A DNA stretch of 64,000 nt. Origin: Acidimicrobiia bacterium (GTDB taxonomy: Bacteria; Actinomycetota; Acidimicrobiia; Spongiisociales; ZC4RG35). Made by a program: the position numbers and the translations under genes. The notes under the pieces were generated by a model that did not search any database, had not been told where the DNA came from, and worked only from the letters and a program-made list of their open reading frames with translations. This document shows, piece by piece, positions 26,810-37,005 of this stretch. The DNA lies in NCBI GenBank assembly GCA_028285585.1, contig JANQOU010000004.1:20267-84266 (forward strand), in the 5' to 3' direction. The first letter of the stretch is position 1, and each line of letters starts with the position of its first letter.

Positions 26810-27245
26810 GCTCGTTGAAGGCCCGCACCCGCCCAAGGCGGTACTCGCCGGCGTGGTGCGCACTGACACCGAGTCTGCAATCGCCGAACGGCTGGCCGAG
26901 CTGCATCGGGGCCTCAGCCAGGTGATTGCGGACGCCGCCCCTGATGTGATCGCCCTCGAAACCGTGTTTACCAATCGCAACCTGCAAACGGCGATTTCTG
27001 TCGGACGGGCATCGGGTGTCGCGCTTCTCGCTGCGGCGGAAGCCGGGATCCCGGTGAGCGAATACGTTCCGACCGCGATCAAATCTGCGGTGACCGGTGA
27101 CGGGTCGGCTAACAAGAGTCAGGTGCAAATGATGGTCGCAAAACTGCTCAGGTTGGAAAACCCGCCCAAGCCGGCAGACGCCGCTGACGCCCTTGCTATC
27201 GCGATATGCCATCTCCGCGCATCCCCCCTGGAGGCAGCGCGATGA
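26763..27245 (+). CDS. ruvC: Holliday junction resolvase RuvC
   Basis: LGIDPG, IALE and PADAADALAIA. Confidence 0.96.
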   Translation: MFVLGIDPGLSVTGYGLVEGPHPPKAVLAGVVRTDTESAIAERLAELHRGLSQVIADAAPDVIALETVFTNRNLQTAISVGRASGVALLAAAEAGIPVSEYVPTAIKSAVTGDGSANKSQVQMMVAKLLRLENPPKPADAADALAIAICHLRASPLEAAR

Positions 27246-27811
27246 TCGGCCGTCTTCGGGGCATGCTCGTGGCTCGCCGCGAGACCAGTGTGACAGTCGA
27301 CGTGAACGGCGTCGGCTACGAGGCTCAGATGACTCCACGTGACATGGGATCCCTGCCTGGCGTTGGCGAGGAGGTCGTCGTGCATACCCACACTCATGTC
27401 CGAGAGGACGACCTCAGCCTGTTTGGCTTTGCGCACGAGGGAGACCGCGACATGTTCCGCACGCTCCTCGGGGCGAGTGGCGTGGGCCCCAAAGTCGCGC
27501 TGGCGATGCTGGGCTCGTTGGCTTCAGAGGAGATCGTCCGGGCGATTCTGAGCGAAGACGCAGACGCGCTCACGGTGGCGCCAGGGGTTGGGAAACGTGG
27601 AGCGCAGAAGATCGTGTTGGAGCTGGCCCCCAAGTTCGCCGGCCGGGAGATCGACTTGACGCCAAGCAGTGACCTGGCAACGGTGCGCCAGGCGTTGGAA
27701 GGTCTCGGCTACTCCACCACCGAGATCAACGAAGTGATCGCCGAAGTGGACCCTGGTGACCCGCTAGATGTTCAGATCAAGGCCGCGTTGCAAAGCTTGG
27801 GAAATCGATAG
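27242..27811 (+). CDS. ruvA: Holliday junction DNA-binding RuvA
   Basis: VNGVGYE, VREDDLSLFGF and SGVGPK. Confidence 0.96.
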   Translation: MIGRLRGMLVARRETSVTVDVNGVGYEAQMTPRDMGSLPGVGEEVVVHTHTHVREDDLSLFGFAHEGDRDMFRTLLGASGVGPKVALAMLGSLASEEIVRAILSEDADALTVAPGVGKRGAQKIVLELAPKFAGREIDLTPSSDLATVRQALEGLGYSTTEINEVIAEVDPGDPLDVQIKAALQSLGNR

Positions 27812-27814
27812 CTG

Positions 27815-28828
27815 ATGCGCGAGGACAGCCTGCTCAGCCCAACGATCGAAGACGACGAGGAGATCTCGCTTCGACCGAAGCGCTTGGAAGACTTCGTCGG
27901 GCAAGGCAAGGTCAAGAACCGGCTGCGGATCTCCTTGGAAGCTGCGGTGAAGGAGGGGCGTGCCCTCGATCATGTCTTGTTCTCCGGGCCTCCCGGTCTC
28001 GGGAAGACAACTCTCGCCGGGATCATCGCCGGTGAGAAAGGTGTCGCACTGCGTGTCACATCAGGCCCCGCCCTCGATCGCCCAGGTGACCTCGCTGCGA
28101 TCATCTCCAATCTCCAGCCCCAGGACGTGTTCTTCATCGATGAGATCCACCGGCTTCCCAGAGCAGTGGAAGAGGTGCTGTACCCGGCGATGGAGGACTT
28201 CCAACTCGATGTCGTCTTGGGCAAGGGGCCAACCGCTCAGTCGATTCGCATCGACTTGCCCCGGTTCACCCTGGTCGGGGCCACCACCAGGAAAGGGAAA
28301 GTCACCGCCCCGTTGCGGGACCGCTTCGGCATCGAGGAGAAGCTCGACTACTACGAGCCAGAGGAGCTTGCAGTCATTGTCAGACGGTCGGCGTCGATCA
28401 TCGACGTCCCGATCGATGACACGGCAGCCGAGCTCGTGGCCCAGCGGAGCCGCCAGACCCCGCGTATCGCCAACCGTCTTCTGGCGAGAGTGCGCGACTA
28501 CGCGGTGGCTCGAGCGTCGGGGTCGATCGACCTGGCCACGGCCACCGAGGCGCTGAAGATCTACGAAGTCGACCATCTGGGTTTGGACAAGGTCGACAGG
28601 TCGATACTCGAAGCCGTCATCGAGCGTTTCGGTGGCGGGCCGGTCGGGCTGTCAACTCTGGCCATCGCAGTGGGAGAGGAGCCTGAGACCGTGGAGGACG
28701 CATATGAGCCTTTCCTGCTCCAGTCCGGGCTGATTAAGAGGACACCGAGGGGGCGTGTGGCCACCGCGAATGCCTACCGGCACCTCGGCGTTGAGCCGCC
28801 GGCGGACTCACAGGGCACCTTGCTCTAG
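27815..28828 (+). CDS. ruvB: Holliday junction helicase RuvB
   Basis: GPPGLGKTT, DEIHR, LRDRFG and RTPRGR. Confidence 0.97.
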   Translation: MREDSLLSPTIEDDEEISLRPKRLEDFVGQGKVKNRLRISLEAAVKEGRALDHVLFSGPPGLGKTTLAGIIAGEKGVALRVTSGPALDRPGDLAAIISNLQPQDVFFIDEIHRLPRAVEEVLYPAMEDFQLDVVLGKGPTAQSIRIDLPRFTLVGATTRKGKVTAPLRDRFGIEEKLDYYEPEELAVIVRRSASIIDVPIDDTAAELVAQRSRQTPRIANRLLARVRDYAVARASGSIDLATATEALKIYEVDHLGLDKVDRSILEAVIERFGGGPVGLSTLAIAVGEEPETVEDAYEPFLLQSGLIKRTPRGRVATANAYRHLGVEPPADSQGTLL

Positions 28829-28833
28829 CTCGC

Positions 28834-29835
28834 GTGAAGGTCGAGGACTTTCACTATGAGCTGCCCGAGAGGTCGATCGCGCAGAGTGCCGTAGAGCCGC
28901 GACACGACTCACGGTTGCTCGACACCCGAGACCTGTCTGACCACAGGTTTCTGGATCTTGCCGACCTTCTGGGTCCAGGGGACCTCATCGTGGTCAACAG
29001 CACGAAAGTGCGGGCAGCTCGACTCGTTGGCTCGCGGGTGGACACCGGGGGCCGTGTGGAGCTTTTACTACTTGACCGCGATCAAGGAGGCTCCTGGAAA
29101 GCTCTGGCCAGGCCGGCTCGACGGCTTCGCCCTGGCGTCGTGGTCGATTGCGACGGCATCGAGGTGACGGTGCTGACCGACCCTGCCGACGGCGTGGTCG
29201 GGGTCTCTCTGGACGCGGAAGACGATGAGAGTGTCATCGAGCGGATCGGTTCGGTCCCTTTGCCCCCATATTTCTCTGGCTCTCTCGACAGCTCATCGAG
29301 GTACCAAACCGTCTATGCCGACAAACCTGGCTCAGCAGCTGCTCCGACCGCCGGGCTGCACTTCACGTCCGAGGTGTTCGATCGTCTCAGACAGCGTGGA
29401 ATCGACACGGCAACCGTGGACCTTCATGTTTCTCTCGACACCTTCAGGCCGATGGCTGTCGAGTCGATCGAAGATCACGTCATGCACTCCGAGTGGTGCT
29501 CAATCTCAGAGGAGGCAGCAGAGGCGATCAATGGTGCCCGTCGGATCGTCGCGATCGGAACAACCGTGGTCAGGACGTTGGAGTCGATGGCCACTGGGCA
29601 AGGCTCGGTGAGAGCAGGGTCACACCACACCGACCTCTTCATCACTCCCGGCTTCGAGATCCGAGTGGTGGATCTCCTCATCACCAACTTTCACATGCCG
29701 TCTTCCACTCTGCTGGTGCTGCTGGCGGGATTCATGGGAGAGAGTTGGCGGAGCGCTTACGACACCGCCATCGAGCGGAGCTACCGATTTCTGTCGTTTG
29801 GTGACGCGATGCTCGCGGAGCGGAAACGGCCCTAG
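28834..29835 (+). CDS. queA: SAM:tRNA ribosyltransferase-isomerase
   Basis: RYQTVYA...GSAAAPTAGLHF, TNFH and YRFLSFGDAM. Confidence 0.95.
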   Translation: MKVEDFHYELPERSIAQSAVEPRHDSRLLDTRDLSDHRFLDLADLLGPGDLIVVNSTKVRAARLVGSRVDTGGRVELLLLDRDQGGSWKALARPARRLRPGVVVDCDGIEVTVLTDPADGVVGVSLDAEDDESVIERIGSVPLPPYFSGSLDSSSRYQTVYADKPGSAAAPTAGLHFTSEVFDRLRQRGIDTATVDLHVSLDTFRPMAVESIEDHVMHSEWCSISEEAAEAINGARRIVAIGTTVVRTLESMATGQGSVRAGSHHTDLFITPGFEIRVVDLLITNFHMPSSTLLVLLAGFMGESWRSAYDTAIERSYRFLSFGDAMLAERKRP

Positions 29836-29844
29836 CCTGGCTCG

Positions 29845-30951
29845 ATGGCAGCGGTCACTTGGTCGAACATCGCCTCCGACGGCCCGGCGCGCACCGGCTG
29901 GTTGGAAACTCCTCACGGGCGGGTACGCACCCCGGCATTCATGCCTGTGGGCACGCGAGCGGTGGTCAAGGCCGTGGATACCGGTGACCTTGAGGAGGCC
30001 GGCGCGGAGATCGTCCTCGCCAACACGTATCACCTGATGCTGCGGCCCGGAGCCGATCTGGTCGAGCGGATGGGCGGGCTGCATCGGTTCATGGGATGGG
30101 ACAAGCCGGTCCTGACGGACTCCGGTGGCTTTCAGATTTTCTCACTCGATCCCAAGATCGACGATGCGGGTGCGACGTTTCGCTCCGTGTACGACGGCAC
30201 CAGGGTCGAGTTGACGCCGGAGCAGGCGGTCCGCGTCCAAGAGCAGCTGGGTCCTGACATCGCCATGGTCCTGGACGTTTGTGTTGGGCTGCCGGCACCC
30301 ATCGAGACGGTGGAGCGTGAGATGCTGCGCACTCTCGAGTGGGCGGGGCGATGCCGCGATGCACACACCAAGCCTGACCAGGAGCTATTCGGGATCGTGC
30401 AGGGTGGCGTCGACCCCGGTTTGCGAGCAGAAAGTGCCGCAAAGACAGCCGCCATAGGGTTCGAAGGTTTCGGGATCGGCGGCCTGTCTGTCGGCGAGCC
30501 ACCCGACCAGCGCAATGTCGCTTTGGCCGCTGCAATTGGCGAGCTGCCGACCGACAAGCCTCGATATGTCATGGGCTTGGGCGACACGGAGGGCCTGATA
30601 GATGCAATCGAGTTGGGCACCGACATGTTCGACTGTGTTCTGCCGACACGCCTGGCTCGTCACGGGAAGGTCTTGACTGCGGCCGGGGACTTCAATCTGA
30701 ACATCCGTGCGTTCGAGGCCGACGACTCGCCGATCGAGGAGGGGTGTGGATGCCATACGTGTCGTCACCATTCGAAGGCGTATCTGAGGCATTTGATCAG
30801 GATGAAAGAGATGTCAGCGCACCGCCTTCTCACCATCCACAATCTCCACTACACCCTGGGGCTGATCTCGGGTGCCGCGGATGCGATCGGGGCCGGCGCC
30901 TTCGCCGAATACGCGAACCGGGTGCGCTCGCGACGCCAAGGTTCTGCGTAG
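29845..30951 (+). CDS. tgt: tRNA-guanine transglycosylase
   Basis: FMPVGT, DSGGFQ, GGLSVGE, DMFDCVLPTR and CGCHTC. Confidence 0.96.
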   Translation: MAAVTWSNIASDGPARTGWLETPHGRVRTPAFMPVGTRAVVKAVDTGDLEEAGAEIVLANTYHLMLRPGADLVERMGGLHRFMGWDKPVLTDSGGFQIFSLDPKIDDAGATFRSVYDGTRVELTPEQAVRVQEQLGPDIAMVLDVCVGLPAPIETVEREMLRTLEWAGRCRDAHTKPDQELFGIVQGGVDPGLRAESAAKTAAIGFEGFGIGGLSVGEPPDQRNVALAAAIGELPTDKPRYVMGLGDTEGLIDAIELGTDMFDCVLPTRLARHGKVLTAAGDFNLNIRAFEADDSPIEEGCGCHTCRHHSKAYLRHLIRMKEMSAHRLLTIHNLHYTLGLISGAADAIGAGAFAEYANRVRSRRQGSA

Positions 30952-31003
30952 ACCACTCGCACCGCCTAACCTCACGCCGTCCGCTTTCCCCCACGGAGGA
31001 ACC

Positions 31004-31303
31004 GTGCATTTTGTCGTGTTTGCCCAAGACGCCGCTGGTGGCAGTTCGGCCTTCTCGCTGCTGCTCCTCGCCGGAATGGTCGGAGTCTTCTACTTCCTGA
31101 TCATCCGGCCACAGCGGAAGAGAACTCGCGCCCAGCAGGAGCTGTCGTCGTCGCTGGAACCCGGCCATGAGGTTCGCACCATTGGCGGGATCCACGGAAC
31201 TGTGGTCTCGACTGATGACGAAAGCGTCGTGCTCAGTGTCGAAGAGGGCCGCATCCGGGTGTCGCGCCGTGCCGTTGGTGCCCGAGTAGGCGACGAAACC
31301 TGA
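31004..31303 (+). CDS. yajC: Preprotein translocase subunit YajC
   Basis: FYFLIIRPQRKR and RTIGGIHG. SD GGAGG. Confidence 0.92.
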   Translation: MHFVVFAQDAAGGSSAFSLLLLAGMVGVFYFLIIRPQRKRTRAQQELSSSLEPGHEVRTIGGIHGTVVSTDDESVVLSVEEGRIRVSRRAVGARVGDET

Positions 31304-31304
31304 C

Positions 31305-32714
31305 GTGACCCGGCGTCTCGTCGGTCTGCTCGTCGTCCTGGCAATCGCCTGGGGCGGGCTGGCTCTGGTCCTCGCTCTGGGCCTGCAGCCACGTCTCGGA
31401 CTCGACCTCCAGGGCGGGACATCGGTCATCCTCACTGCACCGGAAGGGACGGACCCTGAGGTTCTCGAGGTCTCGGTCGAGATCATGACGCAGCGCATTG
31501 AAGGCTTCGGGCAGGTACAGGAGCCCGACATCGCCATCTCTGGCGACGACACCGTGGTCGTCCAGCTCCCCGGCGTAGAGGACGAACAGCGCGCTATAGA
31601 AGCGGTTGGCCAGACCGGACAGCTTTCTTTCCGTCCGGTGCTGGGTTCTTTCCCCGGCTTCACGGGCCCTCTCGCGGGCTCGGAGTCACCAAACATCGAT
31701 CCCGACACTGGGTTGACCATCGACGACGACATCTCCGCCGACTCCGCCTATCTGCCCTACGCAGACGGATTCGAGGTGCTCGAAGCCGGGCCGGCGGGTC
31801 TGGAAGGTAGCGACGTGGCCGCCGCCGTCGCGATCTTCGAGCCGAGCGCTGCGACATGGGCGGTCAGCCTCGACCTGACCGGCACCGGTGGACAGAACTT
31901 TGCAGCCCTCACCGGAGAAGCTGCCTTCTTCCCGGTCGGAGACCCAAGAAGGCAGATCGCCATCGTCCTTGATGGGAACGTCGTCTCTGCTCCTGCTGTC
32001 AACCCCGATGTTCAGCCCGGAATTGGGATTGCGGGCGGGAGAGCGTTGATCACGGTCGGCGCCGGACAGGACGCTCAGGAAGAGGCTCAGGACCTGGCCC
32101 TAGTCCTGCGGTACGGCTCGCTGCCCGTCGAGTTCGAAGTCTCTGCGGTTCAGAAGGTCTCGGGCACTCTCGGGGCAGACTCGCTCCAGGCCGGCATTGT
32201 GGCCGGTCTCCTCGGGTTGAGTCTGGTGGCCGTTGTCCTGGTTGCCATATACCGCTCGCTCGGGCTGGTTGCCATCCTCGGGCTCACTGTCTTCGGATCT
32301 CTCCTGATCGCCTTGTTCGGTCTGCTTGGAGCCTGGCAGGGCTTGACGCTCACTCTCGCCGGTGTCACCGGGATCATCGTCTCGATCGGGATAACCACCG
32401 ACAGCTACATCGTTTACTTCGAGAGAATCAAGGAGAACCTTCGCTCGGGGATGGATGTTGAAGAGGCCGCGGAGCTTGGCTTCACCAAGGCCTTCAGGAC
32501 AATTCTGACCGCCGACACGGTCAGCCTCCTCGCCTCGATCCTTCTATACGCGTTGGCCGTCGGTGCTGTGAAGGGCTTTGCGGTAGCACTGTTTCTCGCA
32601 ACCGTTCTCGACATCTTCGTTGCCCGGACTTACACACGCCGGGCCGTTGCCATGCTCGCCGAGTCGAGGTTTGGCACCGGCGGTGGCTTCAGCATCGAGG
32701 GGGCGGCGCGATGA
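31305..32714 (+). CDS. secD: Protein translocase subunit SecD
   Basis: LGLDLQGG, LRYGSLP, DSYIVYFERIKE and VKGFA. Confidence 0.95.
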   Translation: MTRRLVGLLVVLAIAWGGLALVLALGLQPRLGLDLQGGTSVILTAPEGTDPEVLEVSVEIMTQRIEGFGQVQEPDIAISGDDTVVVQLPGVEDEQRAIEAVGQTGQLSFRPVLGSFPGFTGPLAGSESPNIDPDTGLTIDDDISADSAYLPYADGFEVLEAGPAGLEGSDVAAAVAIFEPSAATWAVSLDLTGTGGQNFAALTGEAAFFPVGDPRRQIAIVLDGNVVSAPAVNPDVQPGIGIAGGRALITVGAGQDAQEEAQDLALVLRYGSLPVEFEVSAVQKVSGTLGADSLQAGIVAGLLGLSLVAVVLVAIYRSLGLVAILGLTVFGSLLIALFGLLGAWQGLTLTLAGVTGIIVSIGITTDSYIVYFERIKENLRSGMDVEEAAELGFTKAFRTILTADTVSLLASILLYALAVGAVKGFAVALFLATVLDIFVARTYTRRAVAMLAESRFGTGGGFSIEGAAR

Positions 32715-33670
32715 GCGCTCTTGGCCGACTGAACCGAGGTGACACCGCAGTCGACTTCGTGGGCTTGCGCAAGCGATGGTTCACGATCTCGGCGATCCTC
32801 CTTCTCCTGGCGATCGGCTCCTTCTTCGTGCGCGGCCTCAACCTGGGCATCGAGTTCGAGGGCGGGCTCGGATTGCAAGCACCCAACCCGGCTGGGGCGG
32901 AGGTGTCAGAGATGCGGAGCGCTCTCGAGGAGATCGGCATCGACGACGCGACGATCCAGGAGCTCGATGACGGCGAAGCCATCCGAATCACTACCGAAGA
33001 GCTCGAAGAGGAAAGGCTCGATACGGCTGTCGACGCTGTGGCCACGATCTCCGGCTCGACCAGGGCGGAAGTCTCTATCGAGGCGGTGGGGCCGACCTTC
33101 GGTGCGTTGGTGGCGAGACGAGCCCTGATCGCACTGGGAGTGTTCTTGGGGGCTGTGGTTCTCTTCATCAGCTGGCGTCTCGAGTTCAAGATGGCCATGG
33201 CCGGCATCGCTGCTCTTGTGCATGACCTGCTGATCACGATGGGTGTCTACGCCTTGACCGGGTTCCCGGTGACACCGGCGACCGTCGTGGCCATCCTTGT
33301 CGTGTTGGGGTATTCGCTCTACGACACCGTGGTCGTGTTCGACAAGGTCGAGGAACTGGTCGAGGTCGAGGAGAAGCTGACCTACACCCAGATCGTGAAC
33401 AAGGCGATGAACTCTGTGCTGGCACGGTCGCTGGCCACTTCGCTCACGTCGCTGATGCCCGTCGGGAGCATCCTCTTTGTCGGCTCGTTCATCTTCGGGG
33501 CGGCCACGCTCAGAGACTTCGCACTGGCGCTGTTCGTTGGGATAGCAGCAGGGACCTATTCCTCGATCTTCGTGGCGTCGCCGCTGTTGGCGGCCTGGAA
33601 GGAGCGCGAGGAGGAGTGGCAGGACCGGTCACAGCGCTTCGAGAAGCGGGCGAAGTCTGGCGGTCGTTAG
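32711..33670 (+). CDS. secF: Protein translocase subunit SecF
   Basis: LGIEFEGG, VGPTFG, GYSLYDTVVVFDK and GTYSSIF. Confidence 0.95.
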   Translation: MSALGRLNRGDTAVDFVGLRKRWFTISAILLLLAIGSFFVRGLNLGIEFEGGLGLQAPNPAGAEVSEMRSALEEIGIDDATIQELDDGEAIRITTEELEEERLDTAVDAVATISGSTRAEVSIEAVGPTFGALVARRALIALGVFLGAVVLFISWRLEFKMAMAGIAALVHDLLITMGVYALTGFPVTPATVVAILVVLGYSLYDTVVVFDKVEELVEVEEKLTYTQIVNKAMNSVLARSLATSLTSLMPVGSILFVGSFIFGAATLRDFALALFVGIAAGTYSSIFVASPLLAAWKEREEEWQDRSQRFEKRAKSGGR

Positions 33671-33692
33671 ACCCTGTCTTAGACTCTCAGAA

Positions 33693-34211
33693 GTGGAACA
33701 TCTCAGCTCTCTGATACGCGACGTCCCCGATTTCCCTGAGCCGGGGATCGTGTTCAAAGACATAACGCCCGTCCTTGCCGACGGAGGCGCCTTCGCAGAC
33801 CTGGTCGACGGGCTGGCCGAGCCCTATAGGGATCAGGGGATCTCCAAAGTCGCAGGAATCGAGGCGAGGGGCTTTACGTTGGCGACACCAGTCGCCGAGC
33901 GCCTTGGTGCCGGGTTCATCCCGGTCCGCAAGCCGGGGAAGCTGCCCTATGAGACCGTTCGCGAGGATTACGAGCTCGAGTACGGCACGGATGCCCTCGA
34001 AATCCATCGCGATGCAGTGACAGAGGGCGAGAGGATCCTTGTCGTCGACGACGTCATTGCCACCGGCGGCACCGCTGCTGCTGCTGTCCGGCTGCTCCGG
34101 GAATTGGGGGCCGACGTCGCAGGTTTCTCCGTGTTCATCGAGCTTGCCTTCCTCAACGGGGCAAGGCTGTTGGACGGAGTGCCACTCCATGCTCTCATCA
34201 GATACGACTGA
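33693..34211 (+). CDS. apt: Adenine phosphoribosyltransferase
   Basis: PDFPEPGIVFKDITP and VDDVIATGGT. Confidence 0.96.
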   Translation: MEHLSSLIRDVPDFPEPGIVFKDITPVLADGGAFADLVDGLAEPYRDQGISKVAGIEARGFTLATPVAERLGAGFIPVRKPGKLPYETVREDYELEYGTDALEIHRDAVTEGERILVVDDVIATGGTAAAAVRLLRELGADVAGFSVFIELAFLNGARLLDGVPLHALIRYD

Positions 34212-36354
34212 ATCTGCGACATCGGTCGAACTGGCCGATGTCCTCGATGCTCATCGGGTGCACCACCCGGATGGGGACTTCGAGCTGCTGACTCGTGCTT
34301 TTGACGTCGCGTCGGAGGCGCATGCCGGCCAGACGCGAAAGACCGGCGATCCCTACATCAGCCACCCGCTGACGGTCGCCAAGATGCTGGCCGACTACGG
34401 CCTCGACTCCGAGACCCTGGCAGCTGCCTTTCTGCACGACACCGTGGAAGACACGGACCTGACCCTGCCCCAGCTCGAGAAGAGCTTCGGCACAGGAATT
34501 GCTGCGCTCATCGACGGCGTCACCAAGCTCGATCGGGTCCGGTACTCGAATCGCGAACAAGCTCAGGCCGCGACCATTCGGAAGATGGTGGTAGCGATGG
34601 CCCAGGATGTGCGGGTCCTCATCATCAAGCTGTTCGACCGCCTGCACAACATGCGGACAGTGCATGCCCTCCGCGAGGAGAAGCAGATGAGAGTGGCCCG
34701 TGAGACGCTCGATGTCTACGCACCACTTGCTCACAGGCTCGGCGTGGAGGAGATCAAGCACGAGTTCGAGGATCGTTGCTTCGCAATCCTGTACCCGGGC
34801 CCCAACGCCGAGATCCAGCGCAAGCTCACCGAGGCAGCCCCGGAGCGTGAGGCATTCATCGAGAAGATGGTCACCGAGATCTGGGGGCTGCTCGATGACT
34901 CGTCGATCAAAGCCGAGGTCACGGGCCGGCCCAAGCACCAGTACTCGATCTACCGGAAGATGATGGAGCAGAACAGGCCGTTCGAAGACATTCACGATCT
35001 CATCGGCATCCGGATAATCACGAGCTCGACTCGCGACTGCTACGCGGCTCTCGGGCTGATCCACTCGCATTGGGTCCCGGTGACCGGCAGGTTCAAGGAC
35101 TACATAGCCATGCCCAAGATCAACCTCTACCAGTCGCTTCACACAACAGTGATCGGGCCTGACGGCAAGCCGCTGGAAGTCCAGATTCGGACCGACGAGA
35201 TGCACAACCGAGCGGAAGCGGGGATCGCTGCCCACTGGCGATACAAAGAAGGAGAGGTCACCAGGGGGGCAACGGTGACCTTGGAGGCTCTCGATGAGGA
35301 CCCGGAAGAGTTCCTTGCCAACCTGAAGCTCGACCTCTACCAGGACGAAGTCTTTGTGCTCACCCCGGGTGGCGACGTGAAGGAGATGGCCAAAGGGTCC
35401 ACAGCGGTCGATTTTGCTTACGCCGTGCACACGGAGGTAGGCCATCGTTGCGTGGGTGCACGGGTCAACGGCCGGCTGGTGCCGTTGTCCACCGTCCTGG
35501 AGTCGGGTGACATCGTGGAAGTGCTCACAACCAACTCCGCTGAGGCAGGGCCCAGCAGGGACTGGCTCAAATTCGTCCGGTCGGGCAGGGCCAAGTCGAA
35601 GATCAAGCAGTGGTTCCAGAAGGAGCGACGAGACCAGGCCTTGTCAGAAGGCAAGGACATGATCCAGGCTTTGTTCAAGCGTGAGGCACCTGAGATGCCC
35701 ACGGCGGAACGCGACGAGCACCTCCTCGCGATTGCGGTGGAACTCGGCCAGAAGGACATCGAGACGTTCACGGTGAGCCTCGGTGAGGGCAAGGTGTCGA
35801 TCGACTCGGTAGTGGTGCGGTTGCACAGACGTTTGGAGCCCGACACCGGCGACGACTTGTTCCAGCCTCCGAGACGCCGGCGACCCTACGAGTCAGCCCA
35901 TGTCGTCGTCGAAGGTCAGGACGACATGCTCGTCAACCTGGCCCGTTGCTGCTCCCCGGTGCCGGGGGACCCGATTGTCGGGTATGTCACGATCGGCCGG
36001 GGGGTGTCGGTCCACCGAGCGGACTGCACCAATGTCGCCTCCCTGGCAGACCGCAAGGAACGCGCCGTGGAAGTGACCTGGCCCGATGATCAGGCAGGTG
36101 CTTTCGTCGTTTGGATCCAGGTCGAAGCCCTCGATCGCACCCGGCTGCTCAGAGACGTGACTGCCATGGTCTCGGACACCGGAGGAAACATCACTGCCTC
36201 GTCCACGGCAACCGGAGATGACCGGATCGCGGTGCTCAAATACGAAGTGGAGCTTTCCGACCCGAGCCAGTTGCCGCGTCTGCTTTCGGACCTGAGGGGA
36301 GTGGACGGCGTCTTCTCGGCTTTCCGTCTTGCCAACGATCCTGCGGCTTCCTGA
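34189..36354 (+). CDS. relA: Bifunctional (p)ppGpp synthetase/hydrolase Rel
   Basis: HD motif LHDTVED, RFKDY, YQSLHT, TGS domain, ARCC zinc finger, ACT domain. Confidence 0.96.
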   Translation: MLSSDTTESATSVELADVLDAHRVHHPDGDFELLTRAFDVASEAHAGQTRKTGDPYISHPLTVAKMLADYGLDSETLAAAFLHDTVEDTDLTLPQLEKSFGTGIAALIDGVTKLDRVRYSNREQAQAATIRKMVVAMAQDVRVLIIKLFDRLHNMRTVHALREEKQMRVARETLDVYAPLAHRLGVEEIKHEFEDRCFAILYPGPNAEIQRKLTEAAPEREAFIEKMVTEIWGLLDDSSIKAEVTGRPKHQYSIYRKMMEQNRPFEDIHDLIGIRIITSSTRDCYAALGLIHSHWVPVTGRFKDYIAMPKINLYQSLHTTVIGPDGKPLEVQIRTDEMHNRAEAGIAAHWRYKEGEVTRGATVTLEALDEDPEEFLANLKLDLYQDEVFVLTPGGDVKEMAKGSTAVDFAYAVHTEVGHRCVGARVNGRLVPLSTVLESGDIVEVLTTNSAEAGPSRDWLKFVRSGRAKSKIKQWFQKERRDQALSEGKDMIQALFKREAPEMPTAERDEHLLAIAVELGQKDIETFTVSLGEGKVSIDSVVVRLHRRLEPDTGDDLFQPPRRRRPYESAHVVVEGQDDMLVNLARCCSPVPGDPIVGYVTIGRGVSVHRADCTNVASLADRKERAVEVTWPDDQAGAFVVWIQVEALDRTRLLRDVTAMVSDTGGNITASSTATGDDRIAVLKYEVELSDPSQLPRLLSDLRGVDGVFSAFRLANDPAAS

Positions 36355-37005
36355 GTGCTGATCAAAGCAATCCCGGCCTGGGTGGTAGCGACGAATGCGT
36401 ACGTCATAGCCGACGAGCCAGGAGGTGCCGCCGTGCTCGTCGACGCGCCACCCGAGCCTGAGCTGATTGGCAGCTACCTGGCAGAGTCGAGTCTCACCCT
36501 CTCTGCCATCGTGCTGACCCACGGCCATGTAGACCATATGGGTGGTTCCGGCTCAGTCGCCCGATCCACCGGAGCCGTGACCTACGCCCATCGCGACGAC
36601 GACTTCCTCACTCTTCACCCGGAACAGCAGTTGCGCAGTCTGCTCGGAATGGTGCCACCCGGTGACTTCGACGCTCCCGAAGTCACCCGGGACCTCGTTG
36701 ACGGCCATGTCATCTCGCACGCCGGTATCGACCTGGAGGTTGTGCACACGCCTGGCCACACCCCAGGGCACTGCTGCCTGTATTGGGAGGCGGAGGGAGT
36801 TCTCTTTTCGGGAGACCAGCTCTTCGCGGGGAGCGTGGGACGCGCCGATCTGCCCGGTGGCAACTGGGACCATCTGATGACCTCCATGCGGGAACGCGTG
36901 ATGGTGCTGGACGACGAGATCAGGGTGCTCCCCGGTCATGGGCCTGAGACCACCATTGGTCAGGAGAGAGCGGCTAATCCGTTCCGGAGTGAGTGGCAGC
37001 TGTAG
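36355..37005 (+). CDS. MBL-fold metallo-hydrolase (glyoxalase II-like)
   Basis: THGHVDH, TPGHTPG and PGHG. Confidence 0.9.
   Translation: MLIKAIPAWVVATNAYVIADEPGGAAVLVDAPPEPELIGSYLAESSLTLSAIVLTHGHVDHMGGSGSVARSTGAVTYAHRDDDFLTLHPEQQLRSLLGMVPPGDFDAPEVTRDLVDGHVISHAGIDLEVVHTPGHTPGHCCLYWEAEGVLFSGDQLFAGSVGRADLPGGNWDHLMTSMRERVMVLDDEIRVLPGHGPETTIGQERAANPFRSEWQL

Noticed and set aside
36974-37005. 32-bp convergent overlap of the MBL hydrolase and MFS genes
   Set aside because: Short 3' overlaps are common in compact high-GC genomes, and no insertion signature is visible.
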